Made by a program: the position numbers and the translations under genes
NCBI GenBank assembly: GCA_026388275.1
Contig: JAPLKB010000059.1
Span: 28,155-92,154, forward strand
Direction: 5' to 3'
Source of the DNA: Pseudomonadota bacterium
GTDB lineage: Bacteria; Desulfobacterota; Syntrophorhabdia; Syntrophorhabdales; Syntrophorhabdaceae
Length of the DNA: 64,000 bases
The notes under the pieces: model-generated
What the model saw: only the letters and a program-made list of their open reading frames with translations
Database searches by the model: none
What the model was told of the DNA's origin: nothing
In this document: one piece after another, positions 54,351 to 63,756 of the stretch
Position numbering within the stretch: position 1 is the first letter of the stretch
Layout: each line of letters begins with the position of its first letter

Positions 54351-55238
54351 ATGGATAACGATTATATCCTCAATAAGTTAAGAAGAATTGAATTGTTGCC
54401 AACTTTTCCAAATATTGTAAGGGAGGTTTTGGGCATCATTGAAGATCCTATGAGTTCTGCTTCCGATCTTGCAAGACATCTGGACCCATCTATGGTGGGA
54501 GAGATATTAAGGATAGCAAACAGCGCTTATTTTGGTACGAGAAATTTCAGAAATATTGCTACGATAGAACATGCAATAGCGGTAATAGGCTATAAACAGC
54601 TTTCGCATATTATCCTTCAGATGCCCTTTATCTCTATGATAGGTGGAGATGATAAGGGATTTGACAGGAACAAATTTATCAGACATTCCATAATCTGCGG
54701 TGCAATAACTGACGGAATAAGCTCGGTAACTTTTCTTGGAAACCCGAATGAGGCTTATATAAGCGGCGTAATGCATGATATAGGAGTAATTATATTATAC
54801 CGATATTTTAAAGAACAATGGGATAGCATATTGACTTTAATCTCCGATAAAAAGCTGTCCAGACTTGAAGCGGAAAAAGAAGTGTTATCAGTTAATCATG
54901 GATATGTCGGTGCAAAGCTTTTGGAAATGTGGAATATACCTAAGCCGATAACAGACAGTGTTATGTTTCATCATAATCCCGAAGAGTCAGAAGAAAACAT
55001 GGAAAATGTAGCGGTTACTTTTCTTGGAAACATTTTTTCGAAAAAAATTGATTTTAAAAATGATCTGATCAGTTTTGCTGATTTTATGGCAATCCATAGA
55101 GATTTTATCGAACAAATTACCAGGTTCAGACAGAACATTTCTTCAAATTATGAGATTAGAATTTTCAGGAAAATCTATGATGCGTTGAAAAATGTGAATA
55201 ATTACATAGAAGAGGTAGTTGGGAAAGACAATGATTAA
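54351..55238 (+). CDS. HDOD domain protein (first gene of the che operon)
   Basis: 295 aa. LPTFPNIVREVLGIIEDPMSSASDLARHLDPSMVGEILRIANSAYFG and GVMHDIGVIIL. Confidence 0.8.
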   Translation: MDNDYILNKLRRIELLPTFPNIVREVLGIIEDPMSSASDLARHLDPSMVGEILRIANSAYFGTRNFRNIATIEHAIAVIGYKQLSHIILQMPFISMIGGDDKGFDRNKFIRHSIICGAITDGISSVTFLGNPNEAYISGVMHDIGVIILYRYFKEQWDSILTLISDKKLSRLEAEKEVLSVNHGYVGAKLLEMWNIPKPITDSVMFHHNPEESEENMENVAVTFLGNIFSKKIDFKNDLISFADFMAIHRDFIEQITRFRQNISSNYEIRIFRKIYDALKNVNNYIEEVVGKDND

Positions 55239-56292
55239 AGTTCTTGTAGTGGACGATTCGGTTTTCATGAGAAATGCAATATCGAGGATGCTCGAGAAAG
55301 ATGATGATATTCATGTAGTAGGTACTGCAAGGAATGGTCAGGAAGCCATTGAAAAAGTTGATGCTTTAAGGCCAGATGTGGTAACGCTTGACATTGAGAT
55401 GCCTGTAATGAACGGCATTGAGGCCCTTAAGCATATTATTGCCAAACATGGGCTGCCTGTTATTATGTTTAGTGCACTCACAAAAGAAGGCGCTGAAATC
55501 ACAATGGAAGCCTTACAAATAGGGGCTTCTGACTTTATTACAAAGGATTTTTCAAATGTTTCGCTCAATATTTCCACAAGAGAGAACGAACTGATTAATA
55601 AAGTAAAGAGCGTTGCTAAAAATAGAGTTATGATTTTGATTAAAAAGCTCGACCAGATGCGAAAGCCTGTTGCTATGCATGCTGATAATATCGATCATAA
55701 TACCAGCCACAGTGCCAATAATCATGGTAAATGTAAGATACTTGCCATAGGTGCATCTACTGGTGGACCGCCTGCACTTCAGCATATTCTTACATGTTTT
55801 CCCAAAGATTTTCCTGTACCGATAATTATTGCTCAGCACATGCCTAAATTGTTTACTCAGTCTTTTGCTCAGAGGCTGGACAAGGCTTCTCAGATAATGG
55901 TGAAGGAAGCAGAAAATGGAGAAATGTTAAAGCCCGGTATTGCACTGATTGCACCTGGCGATACACATATGGGTATTAAAAGAAAAGGGAATGATGTGGT
56001 TGTCGAGCTTATAAACGATATTAAATATACATTCCGACCCTCTGTTGACCTTCTTATGAGTTCCACTGCTAATGTGTACGGGTCTCATTCCCTTGCCATT
56101 ATTTTAACAGGTATGGGAAATGACGGGCTGGTCGGAATAAAGGAAATAAAGTCAAAAAACGGTTACGTTATTGTCCAGGATGAAGATACATGTGTTGTTT
56201 ATGGAATGCCCAGGGCTGTTGTAAATGCAAATATGGCTGATGCGGTATTGCCGATTAATAAGATACCGGAAGAAATTATTAAAGTTCTGTGA
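55231..56292 (+). CDS. cheB: Chemotaxis methylesterase/response regulator CheB
   Basis: MIKVLVVDDS receiver (TLDIEMPVMNG), followed by the esterase domain with GASTGGPPAL, HMPKLFT and GMGNDG. Confidence 0.95.
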   Translation: MIKVLVVDDSVFMRNAISRMLEKDDDIHVVGTARNGQEAIEKVDALRPDVVTLDIEMPVMNGIEALKHIIAKHGLPVIMFSALTKEGAEITMEALQIGASDFITKDFSNVSLNISTRENELINKVKSVAKNRVMILIKKLDQMRKPVAMHADNIDHNTSHSANNHGKCKILAIGASTGGPPALQHILTCFPKDFPVPIIIAQHMPKLFTQSFAQRLDKASQIMVKEAENGEMLKPGIALIAPGDTHMGIKRKGNDVVVELINDIKYTFRPSVDLLMSSTANVYGSHSLAIILTGMGNDGLVGIKEIKSKNGYVIVQDEDTCVVYGMPRAVVNANMADAVLPINKIPEEIIKVL

Positions 56293-56299
56293 GGGGGAA

Positions 56300-58132
56300 A
56301 TGGTTGAAGCTAAAGTTAAAAGGGTAAGCGAAAAAAAATTATCAAAACTGCTCGATTTATTGAAAGATGGCGATAGTTTTGAGAGAGAGAAGGCAATGGA
56401 GAGCCTGCTTGCTTTTCCAAACAAAAATGTAGTTGAGCGAGTAGCTCTTTTGTTGCAAAGAAGTGAAACCAACGTACGCATGGTTGTTTTGGAGATATTG
56501 AAAAAAATCGGGTATTGTAGTCTTGGAACAATCACCGGTCTGCTTGATGATGAAAATGAGGATATAAGGGTATATGCATGTGAAATACTGGGCGATATGA
56601 ATGATAAACGTGCCATCCCTTATTTGATTAAAAAACTTTCCGGTGATAACGAAAACGTAAGGAACGCTGCTTGCATTGCCCTGGGAGAGATTAATGACGA
56701 AGAAGCTGTTGATGCGCTTCTGGGTGCGCTAAAAGACAGCGAATGGATAAAATTTTCAGCTATAAACAGTCTTGGGAAAATAGGAAGTGAACGAGCCATT
56801 AAACCTCTTCTTGGTGTGTTTGAAAATGACGAAGAAGAGGTGTCTCTTGTTGCTTGTGAGGTCCTTGTGGATATTGGAGGCGAAGAGATACTGGATAAAA
56901 TTCTTGGTATTCTGAAGAAATGGAATAAAAAGAAAAGAGGCGAATATATAAAAATTATCCTTGAAAAGGAAAATGAGTATATCTTTCAAACTTTAAAAGA
57001 AAAAATAGGTGATGAATTATTTGAGCATCTTTTGAGCGTTATCGAATCTGAGGATATAAAGTCGCTTAATAATTTAAAATTATTAGCAAATTTTAAAAAT
57101 ACCATTACTTGTGAGACAATTCTTAAGTCTTTTAAAGGCATAGATCCCAATGAAGAGGACTATTATGAAAGGCTGTTGCTTTTTGCATCGTTGAAAGAGA
57201 TATGGGAAGACAATGTTGAAGGGTTTATGAATAAGGATGAGGATTATTTACTGCCCTTAATAAAGGCCAGCGGAATGGAGAATGTAAAGATTGCTGAAAA
57301 TGTAATGTTTAGTAAATATCTTGAATCATCTATAGATGTAAAAAGAGAGATTGTTAAAAATATTCCTGCAATTATCAGCGGTAAGGGGCTTTCGATAATA
57401 AAGGAAGCCACTAAAGATACTGACGGCCATATAATAGGCGATGCTATGACGGTTATCAGCGGCATGATGTTGACAGAAATGAAAGATGAAATAATTAATG
57501 TAGTAAAAAAAGGATTTTTTGACGTGAGAGTAAAAGCTTTGAGGGCATTGAAAAGAATTGATCTGGATAATGCAATTGAGATTATAAAACAATTTGTAGA
57601 CAATGGCTCAAGTGAAGACAAGAAGTTATACCTGTCAATTGCATCTATGCTGAACAGCGAACAAAACTTCCCTTTTCTTGAACAACTTTTGCATGATCTG
57701 GATGAGAACATAAAAAAGATGACTGTAAGCGTAATGGGTAATTTTTTGGATGATGAAAGATATATGGTTCTTCTTACGGGACTTTTAATGGGTGAAAATA
57801 TTCCACATGAAGTTTTGAAGATTATAAAAGACAGGAAATTGAATCTCTTTCAGGATAGACTGGTAGACATTTTTATAAACAACAACAATGGCTTATGGAC
57901 GAGATATTATGCCTTATTGGCACTCGGTGCTTTTGAAATCCCGTCTTTATTCAATGTGTTTCTGCAGGGTCTTAACGATAAAGAAAACCTGATAAAGATC
58001 GGGAGTTTGAAAGCTCTTTCCGATCTTAACGATGAAAGGGCGCTTCCTTATATAAAACCTTTTACGCAAAGTCAGGATGAAGATATAAGGTCTACCGCAG
58101 AATATGCGGTGGAAAGGTTTGAAACCTTTTAA
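56300..58132 (+). CDS. HEAT-repeat protein embedded in the che operon
   Basis: ~610 aa of PBS-lyase-type HEAT repeats (D.NE.VR..A...LG.I.DE.A...L). The start sits behind GAGGGGGA, 7 nt after the cheB stop. Confidence 0.75.
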   Translation: MVEAKVKRVSEKKLSKLLDLLKDGDSFEREKAMESLLAFPNKNVVERVALLLQRSETNVRMVVLEILKKIGYCSLGTITGLLDDENEDIRVYACEILGDMNDKRAIPYLIKKLSGDNENVRNAACIALGEINDEEAVDALLGALKDSEWIKFSAINSLGKIGSERAIKPLLGVFENDEEEVSLVACEVLVDIGGEEILDKILGILKKWNKKKRGEYIKIILEKENEYIFQTLKEKIGDELFEHLLSVIESEDIKSLNNLKLLANFKNTITCETILKSFKGIDPNEEDYYERLLLFASLKEIWEDNVEGFMNKDEDYLLPLIKASGMENVKIAENVMFSKYLESSIDVKREIVKNIPAIISGKGLSIIKEATKDTDGHIIGDAMTVISGMMLTEMKDEIINVVKKGFFDVRVKALRALKRIDLDNAIEIIKQFVDNGSSEDKKLYLSIASMLNSEQNFPFLEQLLHDLDENIKKMTVSVMGNFLDDERYMVLLTGLLMGENIPHEVLKIIKDRKLNLFQDRLVDIFINNNNGLWTRYYALLALGAFEIPSLFNVFLQGLNDKENLIKIGSLKALSDLNDERALPYIKPFTQSQDEDIRSTAEYAVERFETF

Positions 58133-58147
58133 AAGGAAAGGTGCATA

Positions 58148-58972
58148 ATGACGAGAGAAGAGTTTTTACAACTGAGAGATTACATATATGAAAAAACGGG
58201 CATCTTTTTTGCGGAAAATAAAACATATCTCTTGGAAAGTAGACTTACAAACAGATTGAGCGAGCTTGGATTTGGCGCGTTTGAAGATTACTACTATTTT
58301 TTAAAGTATGGAGGAGAAAAAGCAAGCAATGAGATGAGCAATCTCTATGATGTAGTTACTACAAATGAGACAAGTTTTTTCAGAAATCCTCCTCAATTGG
58401 ATGCTTTCAAAGTCATAATACAGAAGAACTATTTAAACGGAACCCCGATAAATTCGCCCTTAAAAATATGGAGTGCGGCATGTTCAACAGGAGAGGAACC
58501 GTATACACTTGCAATAATGTTAATGGAACTGATAGAAGCTACAAAGAAGAACATTCCCTTTATGATATACGCAACGGATATAAGCGTTAAGGTGCTGGAA
58601 GCGGCTAAAAAAGCTGTTTTTGGACCATACAGTGTGAGAAATATGAACGATTCTATAAGGAAAAAGTATTTTATTGAAGAAAAAGGTTCGCACATATTGA
58701 AGGATAGCGTGAAAAAGAATGTAAGATTCGACTATATGAATCTGGTTGATGCAGATTCATATAGAAAGTACAGATATATGGATGTAATTTTTTGTCGTAA
58801 TGTCCTTATTTACTTTGACGAGAAGGTAAAGAAAAAGGTTATTGATTCTATGTATGAGTCGTTGAAACCAGGTGGATTTTTAACCATAGGCCATGCCGAA
58901 TCACTCCACAACCTGTCGAGGGCGTTTAAACCTTTAATGTTCCCTGGCTCAATTGCTTATCAGAGAGGATAG
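58148..58972 (+). CDS. cheR: Chemotaxis methyltransferase CheR
   Basis: 274 aa. TTNETSFFRNPPQ, IWSAACSTGEEPYTLAIML and IFCRNVLIYFD. Confidence 0.95.
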   Translation: MTREEFLQLRDYIYEKTGIFFAENKTYLLESRLTNRLSELGFGAFEDYYYFLKYGGEKASNEMSNLYDVVTTNETSFFRNPPQLDAFKVIIQKNYLNGTPINSPLKIWSAACSTGEEPYTLAIMLMELIEATKKNIPFMIYATDISVKVLEAAKKAVFGPYSVRNMNDSIRKKYFIEEKGSHILKDSVKKNVRFDYMNLVDADSYRKYRYMDVIFCRNVLIYFDEKVKKKVIDSMYESLKPGGFLTIGHAESLHNLSRAFKPLMFPGSIAYQRG

Positions 58973-58975
58973 ATT

Positions 58976-59347
58976 ATGAAAAAAATATTAATTGTTGATG
59001 ATTCGCCAACCATCAGAAAGTTGATTAATTTTATTTTGAGGAAAAAGAATTATTTGATTACGGAGGCGGAGGACGGTATGGATGCTATGGAAAAGCTGAT
59101 TGATGCAAAAGTGGATTTAGTTATAGCAGATCTGAATATGCCCAATATGGATGGTATAGAACTGGCTAAAAGCCTGCGGAATAACTATTACCATCTTGAT
59201 ACGCCCATAATAATGCTTACCACTACCAAAGATGAAAATTTAAGGAAAGGTGCTTTTGAGGCAGGGGTTAATTTATTTCTTAATAAGCCCATACAGCCAA
59301 ATATTTTACTATACAAAGTAAAAAGTCTTTTAGAAGGGGGAGAATAA
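58976..59347 (+). CDS. cheY: Chemotaxis response regulator CheY
   Basis: 123 aa. ILIVDDSPTIRK, VIADLNMPNMDG and NKPIQP. Confidence 0.85.
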   Translation: MKKILIVDDSPTIRKLINFILRKKNYLITEAEDGMDAMEKLIDAKVDLVIADLNMPNMDGIELAKSLRNNYYHLDTPIIMLTTTKDENLRKGAFEAGVNLFLNKPIQPNILLYKVKSLLEGGE

Positions 59348-61128
59348 TGGCAGACCAATCTTTAGAAAATGATGAAATGCGTGAAATTATAAACGATTTT
59401 ATTGTAGAGTCAAGTGAATTGATAGAAAACGTGATTCAGGATATTGTTACAATTGAAGAAAACCATGATGATGAAGTTGTGAATGGCATTTTCAGGGCTG
59501 TACATACTATTAAAGGAACTTCAAGCTTTTTAGGCTTTGCAGCGCTTGCCGGCCTTGCTCATAAGGGTGAAGATCTGCTTGGCATGGTAAGAAAGGGAGA
59601 AATTAAAATCAACAAAGAAATAGCGGATGTGCTGCTTGAAGCTTTAGACTTGATGAAGTCTATGATAGAAAACATAAAGTATAAGGGTGTTGATGAAGGA
59701 GATGTATCATCGATCATAACAGAATTGGAACGTCTAAGTAAGGTAGAGAAGAAAATGCTCGGTGAAATTCTTGTTGAGGAAAATGTTCTCACAAAAAACG
59801 AGCTCGAAGTAGTTCTTGAAAAACAAAAGGTTGATCAGAGCAAGAAGCTTGGTGAAATCGTCGTTGAGGAAAAGCTTATTACTGAAGGTCAATTGAACAG
59901 TATTTTAACAAAACAGAAGACACAGCATAGAGATGACCAGACAGTCAGAATAGATGTTAAGAAACTGGATGAATTAATGAATCTGGTCGGAGAACTTGTC
60001 CTTGGGAAAAACAGGCTTATAATGGTGAAGAGTCTCGCAAAGAGAGGTTCAGAAAGTAATAATGTAATGGATAATCTCGAGGAAGTGTCTAATTACATAG
60101 AAGTTATTACAAACGACTTGCAGCTTTCCATTATGAAGGCAAGACTGGTTCCTATGAGTAAAGTATTCAATAAAGTTCCCAGAATGGTAAGAGACCTGTG
60201 CAGTGAATTCAAAAAGGATATTGGGTTGAAAATAAGTGGTGAAGAAACGGAGCTTGACAGGTCATTAATAGAATCATTGCACGATCCTTTGATACACATA
60301 ATCAGAAACTCTGTTGATCATGGTGTTGAAACGCCTGAAGAACGCAGACATGCCGGTAAGGAAGAAAAGGGACAGCTTTCGATAAGTGCATATAATGAAG
60401 GAAATCATGTAATTATTGAGATTTTTGATGATGGTAAAGGAATAAACATACAGGCCGTAAAGGAAAAGGTAAAAGAAAAAGGACTCATGGGTGAGTCTGA
60501 GTTAAATAATCTTACCGACAAAGAGGTTATGAATCTTGTCTTTATCCCAGGTCTCAGTACTGCAAAAAAATTAAGCAGCGTCTCAGGCAGAGGCGTTGGT
60601 ATGGATGTTGTGAAAACAAATATTGAGAAAATGAATGGTCAGGTATATATAGACTCAGAGCAGGGCAAATGGACAAGACTGATAATTAAACTACCGCTTA
60701 CCCTTGCGATAATGAGAGCTTTGATTGTAAAAATTGCAGAAGAATTTTACGCTATCCCCTTAAGCAACGTAATTGAGCTTGTCAAGTTAAAAGAAGGGTT
60801 GACAAAATCGGTCGATAAGAATGAGGTATTAATGCTCAGGGATATTATTGTCCCCATTCTGGATATGTCAAAGGTATTTTTATCGGAGAATAATAATGGA
60901 CATGGCGGTTATCTTGTAATCTGCAGGATCGGCGATAGAACCATAGGTGTTAAAGTCCAGTCTGTTATTGGACAAGAAGAAGTGGTCATTAAACCTCTCG
61001 GGGAATTTATGGGAAATATAAACGGTGTTGGCGGGGCAACCATAAGAGGCGACGGCAAGGTTATATTGATTCTGGACATACCTGCAATGATAAACAACAG
61101 TGGTTTGCAGGGCATGCTTAGAAAGTGA
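59347..61128 (+). CDS. cheA: Chemotaxis histidine kinase CheA
   Basis: 593 aa. Hpt site is FRAVHTIKGTSSFLG. Kinase core has HIIRNSVDHG, DDGKGI and GRGVGMDVV. A C-terminal CheW-like domain is present. Confidence 0.95.
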   Translation: MADQSLENDEMREIINDFIVESSELIENVIQDIVTIEENHDDEVVNGIFRAVHTIKGTSSFLGFAALAGLAHKGEDLLGMVRKGEIKINKEIADVLLEALDLMKSMIENIKYKGVDEGDVSSIITELERLSKVEKKMLGEILVEENVLTKNELEVVLEKQKVDQSKKLGEIVVEEKLITEGQLNSILTKQKTQHRDDQTVRIDVKKLDELMNLVGELVLGKNRLIMVKSLAKRGSESNNVMDNLEEVSNYIEVITNDLQLSIMKARLVPMSKVFNKVPRMVRDLCSEFKKDIGLKISGEETELDRSLIESLHDPLIHIIRNSVDHGVETPEERRHAGKEEKGQLSISAYNEGNHVIIEIFDDGKGINIQAVKEKVKEKGLMGESELNNLTDKEVMNLVFIPGLSTAKKLSSVSGRGVGMDVVKTNIEKMNGQVYIDSEQGKWTRLIIKLPLTLAIMRALIVKIAEEFYAIPLSNVIELVKLKEGLTKSVDKNEVLMLRDIIVPILDMSKVFLSENNNGHGGYLVICRIGDRTIGVKVQSVIGQEEVVIKPLGEFMGNINGVGGATIRGDGKVILILDIPAMINNSGLQGMLRK

Positions 61129-61226
61129 ACATAAAACGTTTGGATTAAGAGTATTTTTTATATTTATGACTGAGTTTCTTTGTTATTATAGTTAGCGTGT
61201 CCCCCGGTTTTGACGGAGGTTATAAC

Positions 61227-62447
61227 TTATTCCTTATTATCTATATGTTCAAATTCCATGATGGCTTTTGTCTCAGCTGCCAGTAAATCTTTGATGTCGA
61301 TCTTGTGTTGACTGAGGATATCCTGAATTTCGTTTAATTCCTCTTTTTCGAATTTTTCTGTAATGTACAATAATTCTCCCAAAAAACCCTCTCTTGTTAC
61401 CAGTGCGTTGTAGATTTCTTTCGACAGATTAAGATCAGATATTATATCGTTTAATGGTATTCCCAGCAGGGCATCAGTGAGAGATAGTATACCTGCTATA
61501 AAGGCGCTGTCTCCTTTGGTCCTGCTTTTTGTCAGGCTGTTTGCCATAGACTCCATCATAAGCCCGCGTATCGTAGCCCTTTCAAGAAGTGGATTTGATT
61601 TTAAATCCTCTGATTCTTTGGCGAACAACATAAGAGCAACCCATTTTTGCAAATTGTGGTACCCGAGCATCATAATTGCCTGCCGAATAGAATCTATTTT
61701 TTGTGTGAGGTAAAAACCGGCAGAGTTGATGAACTTTAACAATTTGATATCTAATTGAGGATTCTTCTTAAACTGCCGTTCAATAATATTAATTTCTTCT
61801 TCTTTTGATAAACTGTTGAATAATTCAAATAAAACAAGTTGTGAAGAAGATATTGTCTTACCTGTCACGATAGTTGGTTTTGAAAAAAAGTATCCTTGAA
61901 AAAATTCAAAACCAAGATCATAACAATACTTGAAGTCTTCTTTCGTCTCTACCTTTTCAGCCAATAGTTTGACAGGATGCTTTTTTAAAAGTTTGACAAT
62001 ATCCTCTAAATCTTTTTTGTTGTACATCAGTATGTCAAGCTTTATATATTGTGCAATATTTAAGAGTGGTAAATAAGAATCATTATAAATAAAATCATCC
62101 AGTGCAAAACAGTACCCTATTTCTTTTAAATTACCGCACAGTGCTATTAAATCTGTATTTATATCAACATGTTCTAGAATCTCTAAGACAGTATTATCTT
62201 TAGGTAACAATTCGGTAAAACCGCCTGAGAGCATTTCATAATTTACATTTATAAAACCCTTTTTTTCACCCACCAGATTTTTGAACCCGATATTATTCAA
62301 GGCGTTCACCATTACCGATGCGGTTGCCATTGAATTATCCGTAACATTTGCAGTCAAGCTTGATGCATTTCTGAAGAGGAGCTCATATCCGAAAGTGGAC
62401 TCTCTTTTGTTTAATATCGTTTGCCTGCCTATAAAGACCTGTTCCAT
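61227..62447 (-). CDS. EAL-domain plus HDOD-domain protein
   Basis: 406 aa. The N-terminal FGYELLFR... EAL-type fold is followed by an HDOD-like half (LKFINSAGF...IRQAIMMLG). Confidence 0.7.
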   Translation of the reverse strand: MEQVFIGRQTILNKRESTFGYELLFRNASSLTANVTDNSMATASVMVNALNNIGFKNLVGEKKGFINVNYEMLSGGFTELLPKDNTVLEILEHVDINTDLIALCGNLKEIGYCFALDDFIYNDSYLPLLNIAQYIKLDILMYNKKDLEDIVKLLKKHPVKLLAEKVETKEDFKYCYDLGFEFFQGYFFSKPTIVTGKTISSSQLVLFELFNSLSKEEEINIIERQFKKNPQLDIKLLKFINSAGFYLTQKIDSIRQAIMMLGYHNLQKWVALMLFAKESEDLKSNPLLERATIRGLMMESMANSLTKSRTKGDSAFIAGILSLTDALLGIPLNDIISDLNLSKEIYNALVTREGFLGELLYITEKFEKEELNEIQDILSQHKIDIKDLLAAETKAIMEFEHIDNKE

Positions 62448-62601
62448 ACTATATTTGAGTTCCTTTTAAAAAAAATATTTTAAATTATAACAGAAATTTT
62501 CCATGTTGAATATATTAATAAGCAGATATTGCATACAATTTTTATCGGGAGATTATAGAAGAACTTTAACAGAATATGAATAACAAAATATGGAAAAATT
62601 C

Positions 62602-62628
62602 TTAAGTTTTGAAAGAATACTCCGATTA
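62602..62628 (+). promoter_or_regulatory. Sigma-28-type promoter upstream of cheW (TTAAGTTT-N11-TCCGATTA)
   Basis: It matches 7/8 and 6/8 to TAAAGTTT-N11-GCCGATAA with correct spacing. It lies ~25 nt upstream of the AGGAGG-ATG of cheW. Confidence 0.55.
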
Positions 62629-62653
62629 TATTAAGAAAAGGAGGTGGCATCAT

Positions 62654-63121
62654 ATGAACGAAGACAGAATATTGCAGCTTGTGACTTTTAAATTGGAAAA
62701 TGAGGAGTTTGGGGTTGATATTTTAAAAGTGCAGGAAATAAACAAAATGATGAGTATTACCAAAATACCGAATGCACCTTTTTTTATAGAGGGTGTAATT
62801 AATCTGCGCGGGAAAATAATTCCTATTGTTGATCTAAGAAAGAAGCTGGGTTTTGAAAGCAAGCCCTACGATAAGGCGACAAGAATTATAGTAGTTGAGT
62901 TGGATGGACTTGTGCTCGGGTTTGTTGTAGATTCCGTATCCGAGGTTTTGAGAATTCCAAGTAACACAATAGAGCCGGCACCGTCAATAATCGGAGGTAT
63001 TGAATCAGACTACATTGAAGGTGTAGGCAAACTTGACGATAGGCTATTAATTCTGCTTGAACTTAAAAAGATTTTTGTAGGTGCTGAGAGAGCGGAGATT
63101 GAAATGGCAAGTTTCAATTAA
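62654..63121 (+). CDS. cheW: Chemotaxis coupling protein CheW
   Basis: LQLVTFKLENEEFGVDILKVQEI....ITKIPNAPFFIEGVINLRGKIIPIVDLRKKLG. The start sits behind AGGAGG. Confidence 0.9.
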   Translation: MNEDRILQLVTFKLENEEFGVDILKVQEINKMMSITKIPNAPFFIEGVINLRGKIIPIVDLRKKLGFESKPYDKATRIIVVELDGLVLGFVVDSVSEVLRIPSNTIEPAPSIIGGIESDYIEGVGKLDDRLLILLELKKIFVGAERAEIEMASFN

Positions 63122-63139
63122 AACAGATAATTGCAAACT

Positions 63140-63155
63140 TGGCACGATTATTGCT
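63140..63155 (+). promoter_or_regulatory. Consensus sigma-54 promoter (TGGCAC-N5-TTGCT)
   Basis: cTTGGCACgattaTTGCTa is a perfect match to the -24/-12 consensus. It ends 15 nt before the ATG at 63170. Confidence 0.7.
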
Positions 63156-63169
63156 AAAGTTGGTTATTT

Positions 63170-63403
63170 ATGGGCGAGACATTTGATACTAATCTGATTT
63201 CCCAGATTCATGGATTGGATAAAAAATTTTCTATTTCCAAAGAACAACCACGCTTAACAAGAAAAATCACCGATGAAGGTAAGCATAGAAGCAGGCATTA
63301 TAATGAAAAAAAGATTATGAAAAATACAGATAGTTATAATGATAGTGATAACTTCTCAGTAGTAGAAGAAGACAATCGTGCGTGCATAGATATTACTGTA
63401 TGA
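63170..63403 (+). CDS. Hypothetical 77-aa hydrophilic protein (coding status uncertain)
   Basis: There is an ORF only. It has no Shine-Dalgarno sequence, no recognised family, and K/D/N-rich composition. It would be nearly leaderless from the sigma-54 promoter. Confidence 0.3.
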   Translation: MGETFDTNLISQIHGLDKKFSISKEQPRLTRKITDEGKHRSRHYNEKKIMKNTDSYNDSDNFSVVEEDNRACIDITV

Positions 63404-63495
63404 AAAATTTGCCTATACAGGGAAAAAATTTCCTATTTAAGATATTTTAATTAGCTGTTGGCCGTCAATTTTTAGGTACGTATGTCATCATAGTA

Positions 63496-63655
63496 TATTA
63501 CCGGGGCGCCTCGTTGGTACCCGGTAACTCCCTACGCCAGTAAGGCCACAACAAGCAAGCCGGTGCGTAGATCCCTTCTTGTTCTATGTACAAGCTATGA
63601 AGATCTCCTGCCAGGACTCAATCTTGCCCTTATACAGCAGTAAAATTGTACTGCA
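63496..63655 (+). other. GC-richer, hairpin-dense untranslated segment upstream of the rod gene (candidate structured leader or ncRNA)
   Basis: ttaccggg-N14-cccggtaa (8-bp stem), ctacgc...gcgtag, agatc..cttgt-tctatgt-acaag..gatct, gcagta-aaattg-tactgc. No ORF, and no known riboswitch core was recognised. Confidence 0.35.
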
Positions 63656-63756
63656 CTACTCTCTTACAAACCCTATTTATTGGATATATTGCTGCAAGCT
63701 TAACCACAGAATATGCGGTGGCATAGTGTTTGCATTAAAACAATTATGAGGCAATT

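Noticed and set aside
63170-63403. Calling the 77-aa ORF the anti-sigma-28 factor FlgM
   Set aside because: It lacks the C-terminal FlgM pattern (..A.K[VI]..[LI]K.AI..G.Y.VD...IA..L). Position alone is insufficient.
63410-63470. Sigma-28 or sigma-54 promoter directly upstream of the structured segment (TAAG...GCCGTCAA; TGGCCG...)
   Set aside because: The spacing between the TAAG-like and GCCGTCAA elements is ~19 nt instead of ~15 (N11 between the 8-mers). The TGG element has no GC at the -12 position.
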